Part shown: one piece after another, positions 20,883-33,342 of the stretch
Numbering within the stretch: position 1 is the first letter of the stretch
Layout of the letters: every line of letters starts with the position of its first letter
DNA from: Neodothiora populina
Lineage: Eukaryota
Length of the DNA stretch: 64,000 nt
Assembly (NCBI RefSeq): GCF_041146345.1
Contig: NW_027191410.1
Location: 62,001 to 126,000 of the forward strand
Reading direction: 5' to 3'
Notes under the pieces: model-generated
Told to the model about the DNA's origin: nothing
The model's database searches: none
The model's input: the letters and a program-made list of their open reading frames with translations, nothing else
Made by a program: the position numbers and the translations under genes

Positions 20883-21530
20883 ATGGCTTCTCCTGCGCAA
20901 CAAAGTCAACTGCAAGCTCTGTCTGACGAATACTCGTCCCTGCAAGCCGGTAAATCAGACATATATACATACCGATCCTGATAGTGCTGGACGCCACTGA
21001 CATCCACCTCGTAGAATTACAGACCGTGGTTGCAGCACGTCAGAAGCTCGAGTCTCAGCAACAAGAGAACAGAGGTGTCAAGCAGGTTTGTCAACCCTTC
21101 CTCGGTGCAACATCTCTGTAGCATACCATCTCAGTGTAAATTTTTATGTCCGTTGTCCTTACAAAGCTCCAGGAATTCGAAACATTGGCCGAAGATGCCA
21201 ACATCTACAAGCTTGTGGGACCTGTACTATTAAAACAAGACACGGCCGAAGCCAAAAGCACAGTGGACGGCAGATTGGAGTTTATCGGTCAGGAAATGTG
21301 CGCCTCACTCTTCCTGACTGTACTCGACTCGATTATTATAGCGGCTGATCTTTTCAAAGCAAGCGCATCGAGAAACAGATCGCCGATATCCAACAGAAGA
21401 GTGAAGACAAGAAGATGCAGGTATGTTCGCGTCGCTGTCCGATTTCATCAGCAAGACCCCCTAGCTGACCCTCTATCAGGTCTTCCAGATTCAGTCAGAA
21501 TTACAAGCTGCTCAGCCAGCTGCAGCTTAA
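20883..21530 (+). CDS. YKE2: Prefoldin subunit 6; introns 20950..21014, 21086..21172, 21298..21359, 21421..21479
   Basis: Spliced ARQKLESQQQENRGVKQEF..LAEDANIYKLVGPVLLKQD..EAKSTVDGRLEFI. Confidence 0.92.
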
Positions 21531-21922
21531 TCTCGCTCAAATGGCGTAGATTTATTGCGGCAAAGCGAAGCTTTACTAAGAGCCTATGAAAGAAACTTAC
21601 CTCAGGGGCCACGATACTTACCGTGTCCTATGACTACGCTCGCGGTCTCTTAGATTCTGGCGAACAGCTACGAGTCAAGTGCGATACCGACCTCACCTAT
21701 CTTGACCCGGTGCAGATTATCTACAACACTGTGATGAAATCTGCGACATCGTATGTATCACCCGGCTACGTATCAAGTGAGCAGTGACGCTGCACGTAGC
21801 AGCATGTCGTTGGATGCGAGAACTGCAACCATTGGAGGCCTCACGTCAATCCCTTTTCTTTTTGTGAGAAGAAATCAAGGAGTGGAATATTTAGAATAGC
21901 CCAGGCCAGATCAAAAGACCAA

Positions 21923-23200
21923 TCACACTATCCTGTCACCAATGCTGGCTTCGCCTTCCTCGACAGCCGGCGCTCCGAAATTGTCCAACTCGGGATGCTC
22001 GATCCATCTCTCTCCAGCTCCTCCACCGTTGTGTCTCTTCCACAGCGGTGTCTCGCCTTTGCCAACACTTCCAACCCCCATCTCTCTCCACTTCTTCGGC
22101 GGCCTGATTCCCTGCTCCACCATCTCGCGCCACTTCTTCTCTCCCCGCTTCTCCCATCGCTTTCTTCGATCTTCGGCCGTCTCCTCGTCGGGGGCCCACT
22201 TGCTTTTGAGGATGCGCCTGATGTTCTCTGGCGACACCTTGAAGTGACCTGCCAGAACCTCCGTTGTGTATGTTTCAGGTTGCTGGCGATGCATGCTGCG
22301 GATGAGATCCAGGGCGTCAGGAGAGATGCGCTTGCGGGGCAACCACTTCTCTTCTCCAAACTTTTCTTCCAATGCCGCCTTTTGTATCTGCCAGCCTTCT
22401 TTTGGTGGCCGTGTCGACTCGGGTCCTTTCGGCTTTTTCTCTGTTGATGCTGCCCTTTCTCTCATTCTCCTCTTTCTCGCTGCCTCCTTCTCTGCCGTCT
22501 CCGGCGTCACGGTTGACTTTCGCTTCTCCATCGACCCATCTCTGACTTGTTCCATGTCTGCCTCGGTCCATTCGGTTTCTGCCTCCAACGCTACCCAATG
22601 CGCCTTTTGCCTTTCTCTCCTCAACCGCTTCTTCTCACGCTTCTCCTCCTCTTTTGCTTCCATGGCTTCTTCACTTAAGATCGGCGCTTCTTTTGCTTCG
22701 AACCAGACCTTTCCGCCCTTCGTAAGTTTTTTGTCCTTGCCCTGGTGACTGCGCGGTAATCTGTCCACTACGGCTACTTTTGCTGCTGCTTCTGCTTCTG
22801 CTACTTGCGAAGCTCCACTTTCGGCCAATTTTCGTTCCTTTTTCCTTCTCCACTTGGATGTGCTCTTGACGATAGTACTTGACTCGCCCTCGTTCTTGTC
22901 CACCGTCACTTGACCATTTGTATCCTGCCTCATCGGACCCGTGGCCGTGCCAAATGCTCTAGCATATCTCTGCTGATATGGGCAAGGTCGTGCAGCGGCA
23001 GCAGTAGATAGAGCATGGAATCGCCGCTGCTGACATGTCGTGGGCTGTTGTTGTTGTCGCTGCTGCAGTCGTCTCGAAACCTGCTGTCCGGCGAGACGAA
23101 CATCCAGACTTGCGAATTCTCGAACGATCACCTCAAGAGCCTGCGTGGTCGTCGATGTTGACGTGGGTCTTATGCAGGAGGGACACGTCCATCGATGCAT
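21923..23200 (-). CDS. RRG9: Required for respiratory growth protein 9 (neugrin family)
   Basis: WQIQKAALEEKF..W.PRKRISPDA...LAGHFKVSPENIRRILKSKW. Confidence 0.88.
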   Translation of the reverse strand: MHRWTCPSCIRPTSTSTTTQALEVIVREFASLDVRLAGQQVSRRLQQRQQQQPTTCQQRRFHALSTAAAARPCPYQQRYARAFGTATGPMRQDTNGQVTVDKNEGESSTIVKSTSKWRRKKERKLAESGASQVAEAEAAAKVAVVDRLPRSHQGKDKKLTKGGKVWFEAKEAPILSEEAMEAKEEEKREKKRLRRERQKAHWVALEAETEWTEADMEQVRDGSMEKRKSTVTPETAEKEAARKRRMRERAASTEKKPKGPESTRPPKEGWQIQKAALEEKFGEEKWLPRKRISPDALDLIRSMHRQQPETYTTEVLAGHFKVSPENIRRILKSKWAPDEETAEDRRKRWEKRGEKKWREMVEQGIRPPKKWREMGVGSVGKGETPLWKRHNGGGAGERWIEHPELDNFGAPAVEEGEASIGDRIV

Positions 23201-23807
23201 AATTTGATGTGATACTTCGCGTCTCTTCTTGGTTATCGATATTTTTCGATGTCCTCGGGAGAGAAAGTTTGGCCTGTATATGCTATGGCTTTTGCAGGAA
23301 GAGATATGACCCGCTTCTATCTCGGGGATGACTGCAAATAAATCCTGGTATTGGCACTAATCAACAAGTATTGAATATGATGGATGAAAGTTGACTTTTG
23401 ACAATGACGAAGAGAACGGAGAAGGTTTGATATTATTATAATAAGTTACTAGACTCCATGTAGCGGTAATTAGCACCTTCCCTCTACAAGGATCTATCAC
23501 GTGACTATGGTAGAGTAAGTAGTCATTCATTCGACGGTTGCATATCATCTTCACGTCACGCTGGGCCATTGATCGTTCATTAAGACAATGAATATTAGTC
23601 GATGAGCACTCATCAACGAAAGATCAATGAGTCCATGATGAATGTACTTTTTTTCTTTGATTGTCGTGCCCTCATCTCCGCATTTTGGTCCCCGCGTCCG
23701 AGTCATGATAACCTCAAGGTACCTCATGATATAACCAATCGACAACCATCAAAAGAGTTCCCCCTCTTCTTCCTCACCTTCTCGGCAGCTCGCCAGTGGT
23801 GTATGTG

Positions 23808-26800
23808 ATGCCGCCATACAACAACGGCTACGGCACTCGACACGATCCCGTCAGTAGTCAATATTCGCAGCAGCACCAACAAGCGTATACCTATCCGTCA
23901 CAGCGCGTCGCTCAGACTTCCCGGTACTCTTCGGACAACCCAGCGGTGAACACCAACTACTCTACAACTTATCCTTCGACCTACTCGACTACAGGTCAAT
24001 ATTACAGCTGGAGTCATGCCGCTGCTACTCCGGACGCGCAGAGCAACACGGAAGATCAAGCTGCCGAGGCATTGAGCAACCTGAGCGCTCATGATCAATC
24101 TTCTGCTTCGACGACTTCTCGCGCCGCGCCGACACAGTATGCCGGCTATGACACCGCGTATGGACCCTCAATGAGCGCGTCGACTGTTCAGGCGTCAAAT
24201 CGTCAACAGACCGCGACATCTTCTTCGCCAGTCTACCGTGATGCGCAATCGAGCAGACCAGCCGTGTCGACTTACAGCCCTGCGCAATCATATGCCACAA
24301 GTACCGCGGACCCGACCTACAACCACTCGAGCTATGCGACCTTTGCTGCTCAGACGCAGCCTTCTACTGCAACCAGACCTCAATTACAGCATGCACAGCA
24401 GACTCACGCGCCGTCGCAAGCCCAAACACAGCGCCCGATCAGCCCTTACGTGACTCAGCAACAGTCGAAACCCCTCTCGAGGTCCCGCAACAGGAAAGAA
24501 GATTCGAGTGGTGCTCCCGCAAATGCTGCCCCTGCTGGTTCCCAGAGCAATGTCACTCGTGATCAACGTTCCGCTAACCTCGGTCGTCCACGCGCTCCTA
24601 GCCTGACTTCAGCCACCTTTCAGCACCAGCACCAGCAGCAAGGCTTGAATGCGCCTACTGCGTACAACAATCACCAACACCAGAGCAGTATCCCTGAGGC
24701 ACCCAACGCCACAACCGTCGATCCCAGTCAGGTCTACAATCCATGGCCGGAACAGCAACGACGCATCAGAAAGGGTCGAGGCAAGACGGAAAGCTGAGGA
24801 GGAAGCCCGTGATAGAGCGCGGAAGGAAGAGGAACCGAAAGCCGCCGAAGCGAAGAGGATAGAGGAGGCAAACAAGGCTGAAGAAGCCCGGAGAGTGGAG
24901 GCCCAACGTCGCGCTGCAGCGGAAACCGCACAGAAGGAATCCGAAAAGCAGCAGTCAGCCGATGCCATGGCTTTCGCAAACTCCTCGGGTGCGCCGCCGG
25001 GCAGTGACCTCGAAGCTGAGATGATGGCCATGTTCAGGAAGATGCGCGAGTTCAACGAAAAGAATCCTACCATGCTCGCGCGACTGTGGGATCAGGAGCG
25101 GCGCGCTCATGTTGCTAAGAGCAGTTCGCCTACTACCTCGGCTGCTAAACCTGCTACTGTTACAGCACACGCCCCTCAACCTCCGTCAGTCTCTCATGCC
25201 CCGACAGCAGCTCCGATGGCAACAGTTGCACCGCCACCAAGGCCACCTGTCTCTCAATCAGCTACCGCACCCAAGAGAACTCCTTCTACCGCAGCGTCAG
25301 TGCCCGCACAGGCTGCCCCGGCAAGATCGAATACTACTGCAGTTCCGGCGAATTTTTCACAAGCCTCGAATACGACTATGCTTACCACGAATCCTCCTGG
25401 TGGCCACGCCATGTGGCCACCTGGAAAGAAGGCTCATCTTGCCGAGGCAGCAGCCAAGTGGCTGAACTCCCAACCGGGAAACGCAGCCGTACCAGTCGAA
25501 AGCTCTACAGTTATACGATTGCCCGACACCAATCCATCCTACGTTGTGCTTTGCAATCAGCTCGAGGGAATTGGTATGACCTACGATCGTGCAGCATTTG
25601 CGCGTGCCTTACTCTCAGCAGTGCCGGACGTCAACAAGCCATTGCACGCGGCCTCGGACACGAGCAAGAACATACCCAACCTCAGGCAAGATGCCATTGC
25701 TGCAGCGGGAGGCGTCAACGTCGCACCTGTAAACGACGGTCGATCGAGTGCACCTGCGCGGCCATCTAAAACTAAAGACTCAGACAAGACGAAGAGTTCT
25801 GCTTCTGAGAAGTCTGATAAGCATCGTGAATCGGAAGTACAACCGCCGTCTAGTGGTCCTGCTCCTCAAGCCATCATGACCACTACAAACACAACTTCGC
25901 AATCGTCACCATACTTTTCTCGGGCTTCGAACGGCTCTACTATCAACAAACGAGGAAGCCAGGCCTTCAGAATAACCCCTCTCCGGGGTCTTTCGCGCCC
26001 TCCTGCCAACAAGGAAGAAGCTGCTCGAAAGCGGACCATTGCCGAACTATACGACTTGACTGCTGAAGATGAGGGCTCCGACGACGACATGCCACAAGCG
26101 CAAAATCCGCGGCTTGAAACGCTCGCTGGCGGCGCGAGCATGTCACCTGTCTTTGACCCGAGGCTTGCCTACCAAGCTGCTTCTCAATCGCATGGCTTTA
26201 TGAGTCAGTACATGTATGGCGGTAACGCTGATGGTCAAACAACTAAGTCAGGCTCTGCACCACTTCCAACAACGTCTGGTCCAGGGCGACAGGCGTCCGC
26301 ACAAGCTGCCGTCTCAAGTCTCGAGGCCGGGCTCAAGGACAAGATCCTCGTGCAAGGGATTCAGAGAGACAAGGTTGCTCGTAAATCGCACTACGATCCA
26401 CGCACCATATGCAGGGACATCCTGCTAGCGACAGGTCGCCATCCGGAGATGCGAGCGCTCAATCAGCACCTGTTTGATATGCATGACTTCCTCAAGAAAC
26501 ATTCTAGCAATGTGGAAGGTGACAAATATGACCTGGCCACTATACGCTGGGACCTGATAGATCCTGGCGAGCCAATCATCGAGGCCATGGAAGAGAAAGC
26601 GGCGTCAGAAGCTGCCACAGACGCTGATGATGAAGAAGAGATGAGAAGAGAGGATACCCGCAGCAGACTTGAGCCTGTCATTGACACCACGCATCATCGC
26701 AAGCCGTTCGCAAAGAGAAGAATCGATCCCCCACGACGTTCCAGTATCACTCACACGAGCGAGGAACGTGCAGGTGGGGAACGCTTGGACCATGTCGACG

Positions 26801-27954
26801 CTGGGCAAGCTTCCACCTCCGCCAACCACGCGACCACAACATCATCATTATCAGCTGTTGCAGTGAGGGCGCGTTCCCCCGATGCCAAAGATATTCCTTA
26901 CCCGCCCATCTCGGCTTTCACTCCAGCGAACAAGGATAAAGCAATGAGTATAACGCCGTCGTCGACGCCGATCGGGTACGCAGCATTCCAGCAACAGAGG
27001 CAGCAATTCGATGAGAATGGCAATCCGATAAAGCGCAGGGGTCGACCAGTTGGATGGCGCAAGTCGCTTCACTCAAAGGCTGCCACAGGTCCCGTGAGTG
27101 ATGCTCAGCCTGCGCCCATCGCTGCTGCCGAGCCTAAGAGACATGACGTATCTGTCGTTCCTGATCGTCCAGCGGCACGAAGAGGTCGACCGCCTAAGCA
27201 GCAGACTCGGCCCGCTGTGAATCTGGAACCAGAAGCGCAGTTCAATGTCTATCGATGCGGATGGCGAGGCTGTCAGGCCGAGCTTCACAACGTGGATACG
27301 CTACGCAGACACGTGATCAAGCTGCACGCCACCAAGACAAGCAGCGATGCATTCGAATGCCGCTGGCAGAATTGCTCTGGTGGTGAGATGCAAACGTTCG
27401 AGACGTTGGCGGGATGGCTGGAGCACGTGGAGATGCAACATCTCCAGAAATTAGCACGACAGCTAGGCGACGGTCCTCGCCACGGTCTCTCAGGTTCTGG
27501 AGCACCCTAATGTTTTCTCCCTCACTTGCACCCCTTCTGTCTTTTGTTGCTTGGTCATGCTCTCGCACCAGTCCGACGGGGTTACTGATACTTATTCGGT
27601 GGAGGACTTGTAGAACCGCGCGACTCTGATATCAGCGAGGCATACTTGAGCGATGCGACCGGTAGAAGTTTAACGCCCAGAGTTCGACCCAGTCCCATGG
27701 CGAGTCAGATGGGTACACCCGGATGGACACGGCAGATGGAGCAGAGGCTCGCGACAACGCGCATCACAGATCTTCGAGGTGCCACACTGGAGAACGAGAA
27801 GCTGTTGCAGCAGATGGAGGAGAAGAAGAGGGCGGTGGGACCTGGCGTGGACCGCGAAGGGTGCACTCTGACGTCTGGACGGCGGCCAGAGGGGTTCTAT
27901 GACGATGAGGACTTCGAGGAAGTGGTCGATCGTGAGAGCGAACTTGAGGACTGA
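23808..27954 (+). CDS. Large low-complexity nuclear protein with AT-hooks and C2H2-like fingers; apparent frameshift near 24770; intron 27494..27613
   Basis: Two long overlapping ORFs in different frames that join naturally. Contains YDPRTICRDILLATGRHP, RRGRP AT-hooks and YRCGWRGCQAELHN..LRRHVIKLH. Confidence 0.72.
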
Positions 27955-28479
27955 GTTATTTCCTTTCATCTTTGGTAGCGGAGTATTCGAGCTTTTGGCA
28001 AGGCGATGGGGCGTTTTGTCTTTGTTTTCCTTTCGGGCTCGTTCTATCTTTCTTCCTAGATAGGATCATAATACCCCATGGAGAGGTTATGCGTACATGA
28101 AAAGGGTCAGAAGGGACATGAGGAATCTGTCAATTGAACTCTATATCAATTCACGTGGGTCGAGAATGACTGCCTACACCTCCACTTCTAGTGTGCGATC
28201 CCAAGCAAGTAGTGAGCTTCGAGAACAGGGAGGGCTCCAGACAGGCTCCTATGCCTATTCCCAATGCAATTACGAAACCACCCGAAACCATCACACGTGT
28301 TCATGGCGGCATTCATACGGATTGCTCTGTTTGAACGGGTGTTGTATGAATTATCGGCGCTCTCTGTCCTTTCCACTGACGTGAATGGCCGATCAACAAG
28401 TCTATAACCAATCTTATCCCTCATGTTAATTGGTCATAGACGTACAAAATCATAGCAAAAGAAGCAAGGAAACAACACT

Positions 28480-29563
28480 TCAGCGTCTGGTGCCGTTGAC
28501 GCCCTTTTGTCCACTACCCAACAACGACGCGACGACAGTGGCCTCTCGCACCGCTCTGCTGACAACACCTCTAACGCCGCCCTCTTCGAGAACGAGCAAG
28601 CCGCCAATGGTACATCCGCCGGGCGTGCTGACCTTCTCCCTCAAGATGGCAGGGTGCTCTCCGCCTTGGATCAAGCCCGTCGTGCCCCTGACCATCTGCG
28701 TGGCCATCAAATTGGCCTCGTATCTCGGGATGCCCATTGCGACGCCGCCGTCGGCTAGAGCCTCGATCATGAGTGCGACGAAGGCGGGACCGGAGCCGCA
28801 GAGAGAGGTGGCGGCGTCGATGTTGGCGGCGGGCAGCTCGGCCACGGCGCCGATGCATGTCATCATCCATTTTACGAGCTTCGAGTCTTCCTCTGACACT
28901 GCGGGCACCGGGGTCGCGATGACGGTCATGCTCTCGCGCACCTTGCTGCAGGTGTTGGGCATGGTGCGCACGACGGTGATTTGCTTTCTGGCGTCGTCGT
29001 GGCTGAGGGCCGGGTACAGGATCTTCTCGATGGCTTCCTCCGTCACGCCTGCGAGGATGGAGACGACGAGTTTACCGGCGATGGCTTCGCGGATGCCGGG
29101 GGCTGATAGGACGTCCTTGACATAGAAGGGCTTGCAGGCCAGGAGGATGACATCTGCTTCTTCGCAGGCGGACACGTTGTCGTTTTGACGCACGTTGAGC
29201 GTCAGCTTGTCGCTGGAGGTGTAGGCTGACAGCTCGGACTTGATGCGTTGACTTGTTCGGTCTGAGCGCACACAGGCGTTGAAGGTGGTGGGGAGACGAG
29301 CGGGGAGGGTGGATTGGTCTTCGGTTGAGGTTGGGTTCTGGAGAGAGTCCATGATGCCGGAGAGGATTGCGATTCCCATTGTGCCTGTTACGTCCAAGTC
29401 AGCTTCGTGTTGTCCTTTCTTACCGAGTCCCTCGGGATATCATGATTAAGGGCGATTGAGTTATTGAGCCTTGAGACGCAATAGCAAGACGCAATAGCAA
29501 GAGAGACATACCGCAACCCAGCACGGTCAGGGTAAGACCATTTCCTTTCTTTTCTTGAGCCAT
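28480..29563 (-). CDS. PRO3: Pyrroline-5-carboxylate reductase; intron 29385..29511
   Basis: Spliced LGCGTMG Rossmann motif, LLACKP, RTMPN, LCGSGPAF and VSTPGGCT. Confidence 0.93.
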
Positions 29564-29953
29564 TGTGCAAATATAAGATCTTCAGCTCGGGATGCACAGC
29601 AATCGTTCAAGCAATTGGCGTAGAAAAGTGGATGAGGGAATCTAATGTTGTTGTATCAAAATCACATGACTCACTAAGCCGTAGATAAACGTCGTTGTGA
29701 CTTGTACAAAGGTACTTGTGCTCGAAAAGCACAGATCCCCCGCTCCCGCTCCGCCCCCGCGTTTTGTCAATCATCTTGCGCCTGCCTCCTCCGACTCCGA
29801 AACAGCTCGGAAATCTTGTGCCGGGAAATTGTTCAGACGAAGCGGCAGCCTTGCGAAGAAGAAACACGCGCTCACCGAGTCTTACCACAGATCTCACCAG
29901 TGATTTCGTGTCAGACTCCGTATAGCAGCTGTCTTCGTCACTCGGAATCAGTC

Positions 29954-30727
29954 ATGGGGTATCTTTCGAGTCTTCTCAAGTCGTACTACGACGGCGACGA
30001 GAAACAGGGCCAGGAAGGCCAGGGTCAGACTCAGGACGGTCTCGGTCCTCTACCTTCATCATTACCGACTCCAACATCATCATCAATACCTTCATCGCCT
30101 TCGTCGACATCACCGACATCGCTACCGACATCGATACCGACAATACCAGCCACCGCGTCAACACCGACAGACACAACAGCAACGACGACGACAGATCTCT
30201 ACACGAACCCGCGCGCGCGCCTGATCAAACAAGTCTCTCTGTTCGCCCTCGGCGCGGCCGCCGTGACGACTTCGGCGCTCATAACGCGACGCGCTGTGTT
30301 CCGCAAACTAAAAGTGACCACGCCGCGACACTTCACGCCGTCGAACCACAAGCCTACGGACGCCAATGGCGCCGCCGAGGCGGCCGAGGCCTTCGCGCTG
30401 GCAACGATAAATGTCGCTTCCGTAGGCCTGCTGTTGACGGGAGGAGCCATGTTCGCGCTCGACGTCGTTTCCGCCGAGGATCTGAGACGGCGGTACAGAG
30501 CCAAGATGGGGTTCGTGGATGCCGGCATCGATGAGCAGGGCGGCGATGAGGAGATCGAGCAGTGGGTCAAGAGTGTTTTGGACAAGAAGGACAACGGCGA
30601 TTACAAGGGCGTTGCCGAGGGCTTGACGGCGCTCGTCGGCGTCATTGCTGGGAAGGAGGAGGAGAAGCTGGGGGTTGCAGGGGACAGTGTGGTTGCTGAC
30701 AGTGATGACAAGGCGAGAGAGGGATAA
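29954..30727 (+). CDS. Aim11-like mitochondrial membrane protein
   Basis: QVSLFALGA...ITRRAV...F.PSN...EAAEAFALATINV...GGAMFALDV, with two hydrophobic segments. Confidence 0.6.
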   Translation: MGYLSSLLKSYYDGDEKQGQEGQGQTQDGLGPLPSSLPTPTSSSIPSSPSSTSPTSLPTSIPTIPATASTPTDTTATTTTDLYTNPRARLIKQVSLFALGAAAVTTSALITRRAVFRKLKVTTPRHFTPSNHKPTDANGAAEAAEAFALATINVASVGLLLTGGAMFALDVVSAEDLRRRYRAKMGFVDAGIDEQGGDEEIEQWVKSVLDKKDNGDYKGVAEGLTALVGVIAGKEEEKLGVAGDSVVADSDDKAREG

Positions 30728-30876
30728 GGCCTTTCATGTGAGCTTGAGAACCCTAAGCGGAGCCACGACACACCTTGCTCTTCCCTCCCCTCTGTCAAAT
30801 ATGTACATATGAACCGAAAAGAAACCCCCGCCCAGCTCTTGGAAACAGACCCACTGTGCGCCGCAGTCACTCCTCG

Positions 30877-31389
30877 TCAATCCTTTCCTGGCACCTCATT
30901 ATCGTCGACCCGGATGCCCACATGACCATCCCGATTCGCCCTCCACACGCCGCCCTCCTCGCCTCCGAACTCCTCCAGCTTCCACACCTCGACTTTCTCC
31001 TTGCACGACTCCAGAGCCTCCTCACCCGCCCTCCACGCCGCCTGTCGGTGGGCGGAACTGACGGCGATCAGAATGCTCTCTTCACCGATGGGCACGACGC
31101 CCAGCCTGTGCACCATGGCGATGCCCTGCAAGCTGTGTTTCGTCTTGATGTCCCGGGCGATGGAAATCATGGTGCGCAGGGCCAAGGGCGCATAGGACTG
31201 GTAGGCCAGGTGCACGACGGGTTTGTCGTCGAGGTTGTCGCGGGTCGTGCCCGCGAACAAGACGATGGCGCCGGCTTTGGGAGAGCGCACTCGGTCGATT
31301 GTCGTGCTGGCGGAGAGAAGCTCCGAGGTCAGAGAGACGTGGATACCGTCTTCCTGGAACTCTGTAGGCGACGGGTCTGAGGCTGACAT
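30877..31389 (-). CDS. cnxH: Molybdopterin synthase catalytic subunit (MoaE/CnxH/MOCS2B)
   Basis: GAIVLFAGTTRD, HRLGVVPIGEESI, SSAHR and KEKVEVWKLE. Confidence 0.93.
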   Translation of the reverse strand: MSASDPSPTEFQEDGIHVSLTSELLSASTTIDRVRSPKAGAIVLFAGTTRDNLDDKPVVHLAYQSYAPLALRTMISIARDIKTKHSLQGIAMVHRLGVVPIGEESILIAVSSAHRQAAWRAGEEALESCKEKVEVWKLEEFGGEEGGVWRANRDGHVGIRVDDNEVPGKD

Positions 31390-31719
31390 GATGGTACAGA
31401 ATGTATGGAAACAGTGAGGTCAAACATCAAGATAGCGTAAGGTAATTCAAGATAGGCAAGCGCGACCGCGGCGATTGAATGTCGAGTCCGTGCGCCACTG
31501 TTGCCCGTCCGAGCCTCGGTTGAAGGCGAGGTATCTCACGCATGTACCTGTGCCTTCCTGCTATCCCATACCTCATGAAGATGCGATATTGCGCTGGTCC
31601 GATATTACTCCTCGGCCTATAGCAATATTTTTCTTGTCGCGAGCTCCCCTGCAGTCTGTATTGCGCCAGCGATACACGGCGGAAGTCTTCCCGGGACTCA
31701 TCCGCATAGCAGGATAGCC

Positions 31720-33163
31720 ATGTCGGCGACTGCACCAACGCAACTGTCGTACGAGGATTCCCTGTCGTCGCAGTACCTGACATCGTCGATATCCTCTCTG
31801 TCGTCAGCTCGCGCCCAGTCATCCTGGACAGCCAAGACCTACCGCCGCGCTGCTCATTTGTTTCTGACCCGCCGTCTTTACGAGGCTCTGACGACCATCG
31901 AACCTGTCATATCTCACCCGGACACCGGATCCGATGCTTTCGGCGCAGACGGCGCACCGCTGGTCCCCATCGCTACTGCCTCGACCAACACCAGAGTCAA
32001 GGTCTGGAGTTTCTATCTGACTCTTCTCAATGCCATCATCGAACTTGGACCGGAAGAGGGGAAGCTGGCGTTTGGGAGTTCGAGATGGAGAGCATTGGCT
32101 GCCAAAGCGCGAGACGGCACTGTGTGGGACGAAGTAGTGCGTTTGGGTTATCGTGAGGATGAAGGAGCCGTCGATGGAGAGGTCGTTGTCAACATGTGAG
32201 TAGCCCACATGCGACATTGGAGGATCATGACTGACTCGAAACCTTACAACCACCAGGGCCACCTTGCTCCTTACTCATATGCCTTCTCAAAGGCTGAATC
32301 AGACCAAGCTCGAGACTTTCCTTTCCGCTTCCTCGGATCCTGCCTCGCGCCTTGCTGCCCATCTCGAAGCGTCCCAGGACAGCGTGCGCGGTCAGTCGCC
32401 CTCCAGACACGCCGCCGGAACGAGCACACCGCGCGATCTCAACACCCGTCTCAAGCTTCTTGAACTGTATACTTTGCACATACTTCCGCAAAACGGTGAC
32501 TGGGAGTATGCCCGCGACTTCATCAACATGTCCGAGACACTCGACGAGGAGCGTCGCGACGCTTTCCTGAATGCATTAAACACTCTCAAAGAAGAGAAGG
32601 AGCACGACGCCATCCGCGAGAAGGAATTGCGAAAGCGCCAGGAGGAAGAAATGCAGCAGAGGCGGCAAGAAGATGACAGAAGGCAAAAGGCAGAGGCCGA
32701 AGCAGCAGAGCAGCAGAGCAAGAAGTTGCACGGCCAGAAACGCAGAGCCTCCCGAGACACGCTCCCTCCTTCGAACCATCCGCCTTCCTCCTCACACCCT
32801 TCGAAAGCCCCGCCCGATGGCCGCAGACAAGAACCTCAGAACCACGGCAACAACAACAGCAGCAACAAGCGGAACCCCTCGTCCAAGCCCCGTCCACCTT
32901 CCAAGCCCTCTTCCTCGTCTCACTCCTCCATCTACCGCAGTGCCGCATCAATCCTATCGCTGATGCAATCCGCCGCTCACAATGCCCGTCACACTGTCTT
33001 CCACAACCCCATGGCTCTCCTGCGCTTCTTCTTGTTTATTCTCGCCTTCGCCATAGCTTTTGGATCCAGAGAGGCTCGTGAACGCGTCAGACGTCTAGTC
33101 GGTGGCGCTTGGGACAAAGTCAGACGCACCGTGGGCATGGGTGTCAAGGTGTCGTATATATGA
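31720..33163 (+). CDS. PEX26: Peroxin 26-like tail-anchored protein; intron 32196..32256
   Basis: YRRAAHLFLTRRL.EAL and LELYTLHILP..DWEYARDFI, then a coiled coil, a C-terminal TM segment and KVRRTVGMGVKVSYI. Confidence 0.82.
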
Positions 33164-33342
33164 TTTGATTTGTTCATATGCTTCCATTCGGCTCTTCTTG
33201 TATGATTCACATCTCTTGAAGCGCTCATAATTGACAAGAATATCAAATGTATTATGCGCCCCCACTAGAGGTATCGTACTTTCCTTGTTTAAACGCCAAA
33301 GCTGCTTTCGACCACGGACTCGAGTCAAGTGTCGAGTAGGAT

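Noticed and set aside
21594..21625. ACTTACCT / ATACTTACC resembling the U1 snRNA 5' end
   Set aside because: No U1 stem-loops or Sm site follow.
21607..21787. Stop-free plus-strand stretch (ATILTVSYDYARGLLD...) between convergent genes
   Set aside because: No suitable start, splice signals or recognisable family, so it cannot be supported as a relic without a search.
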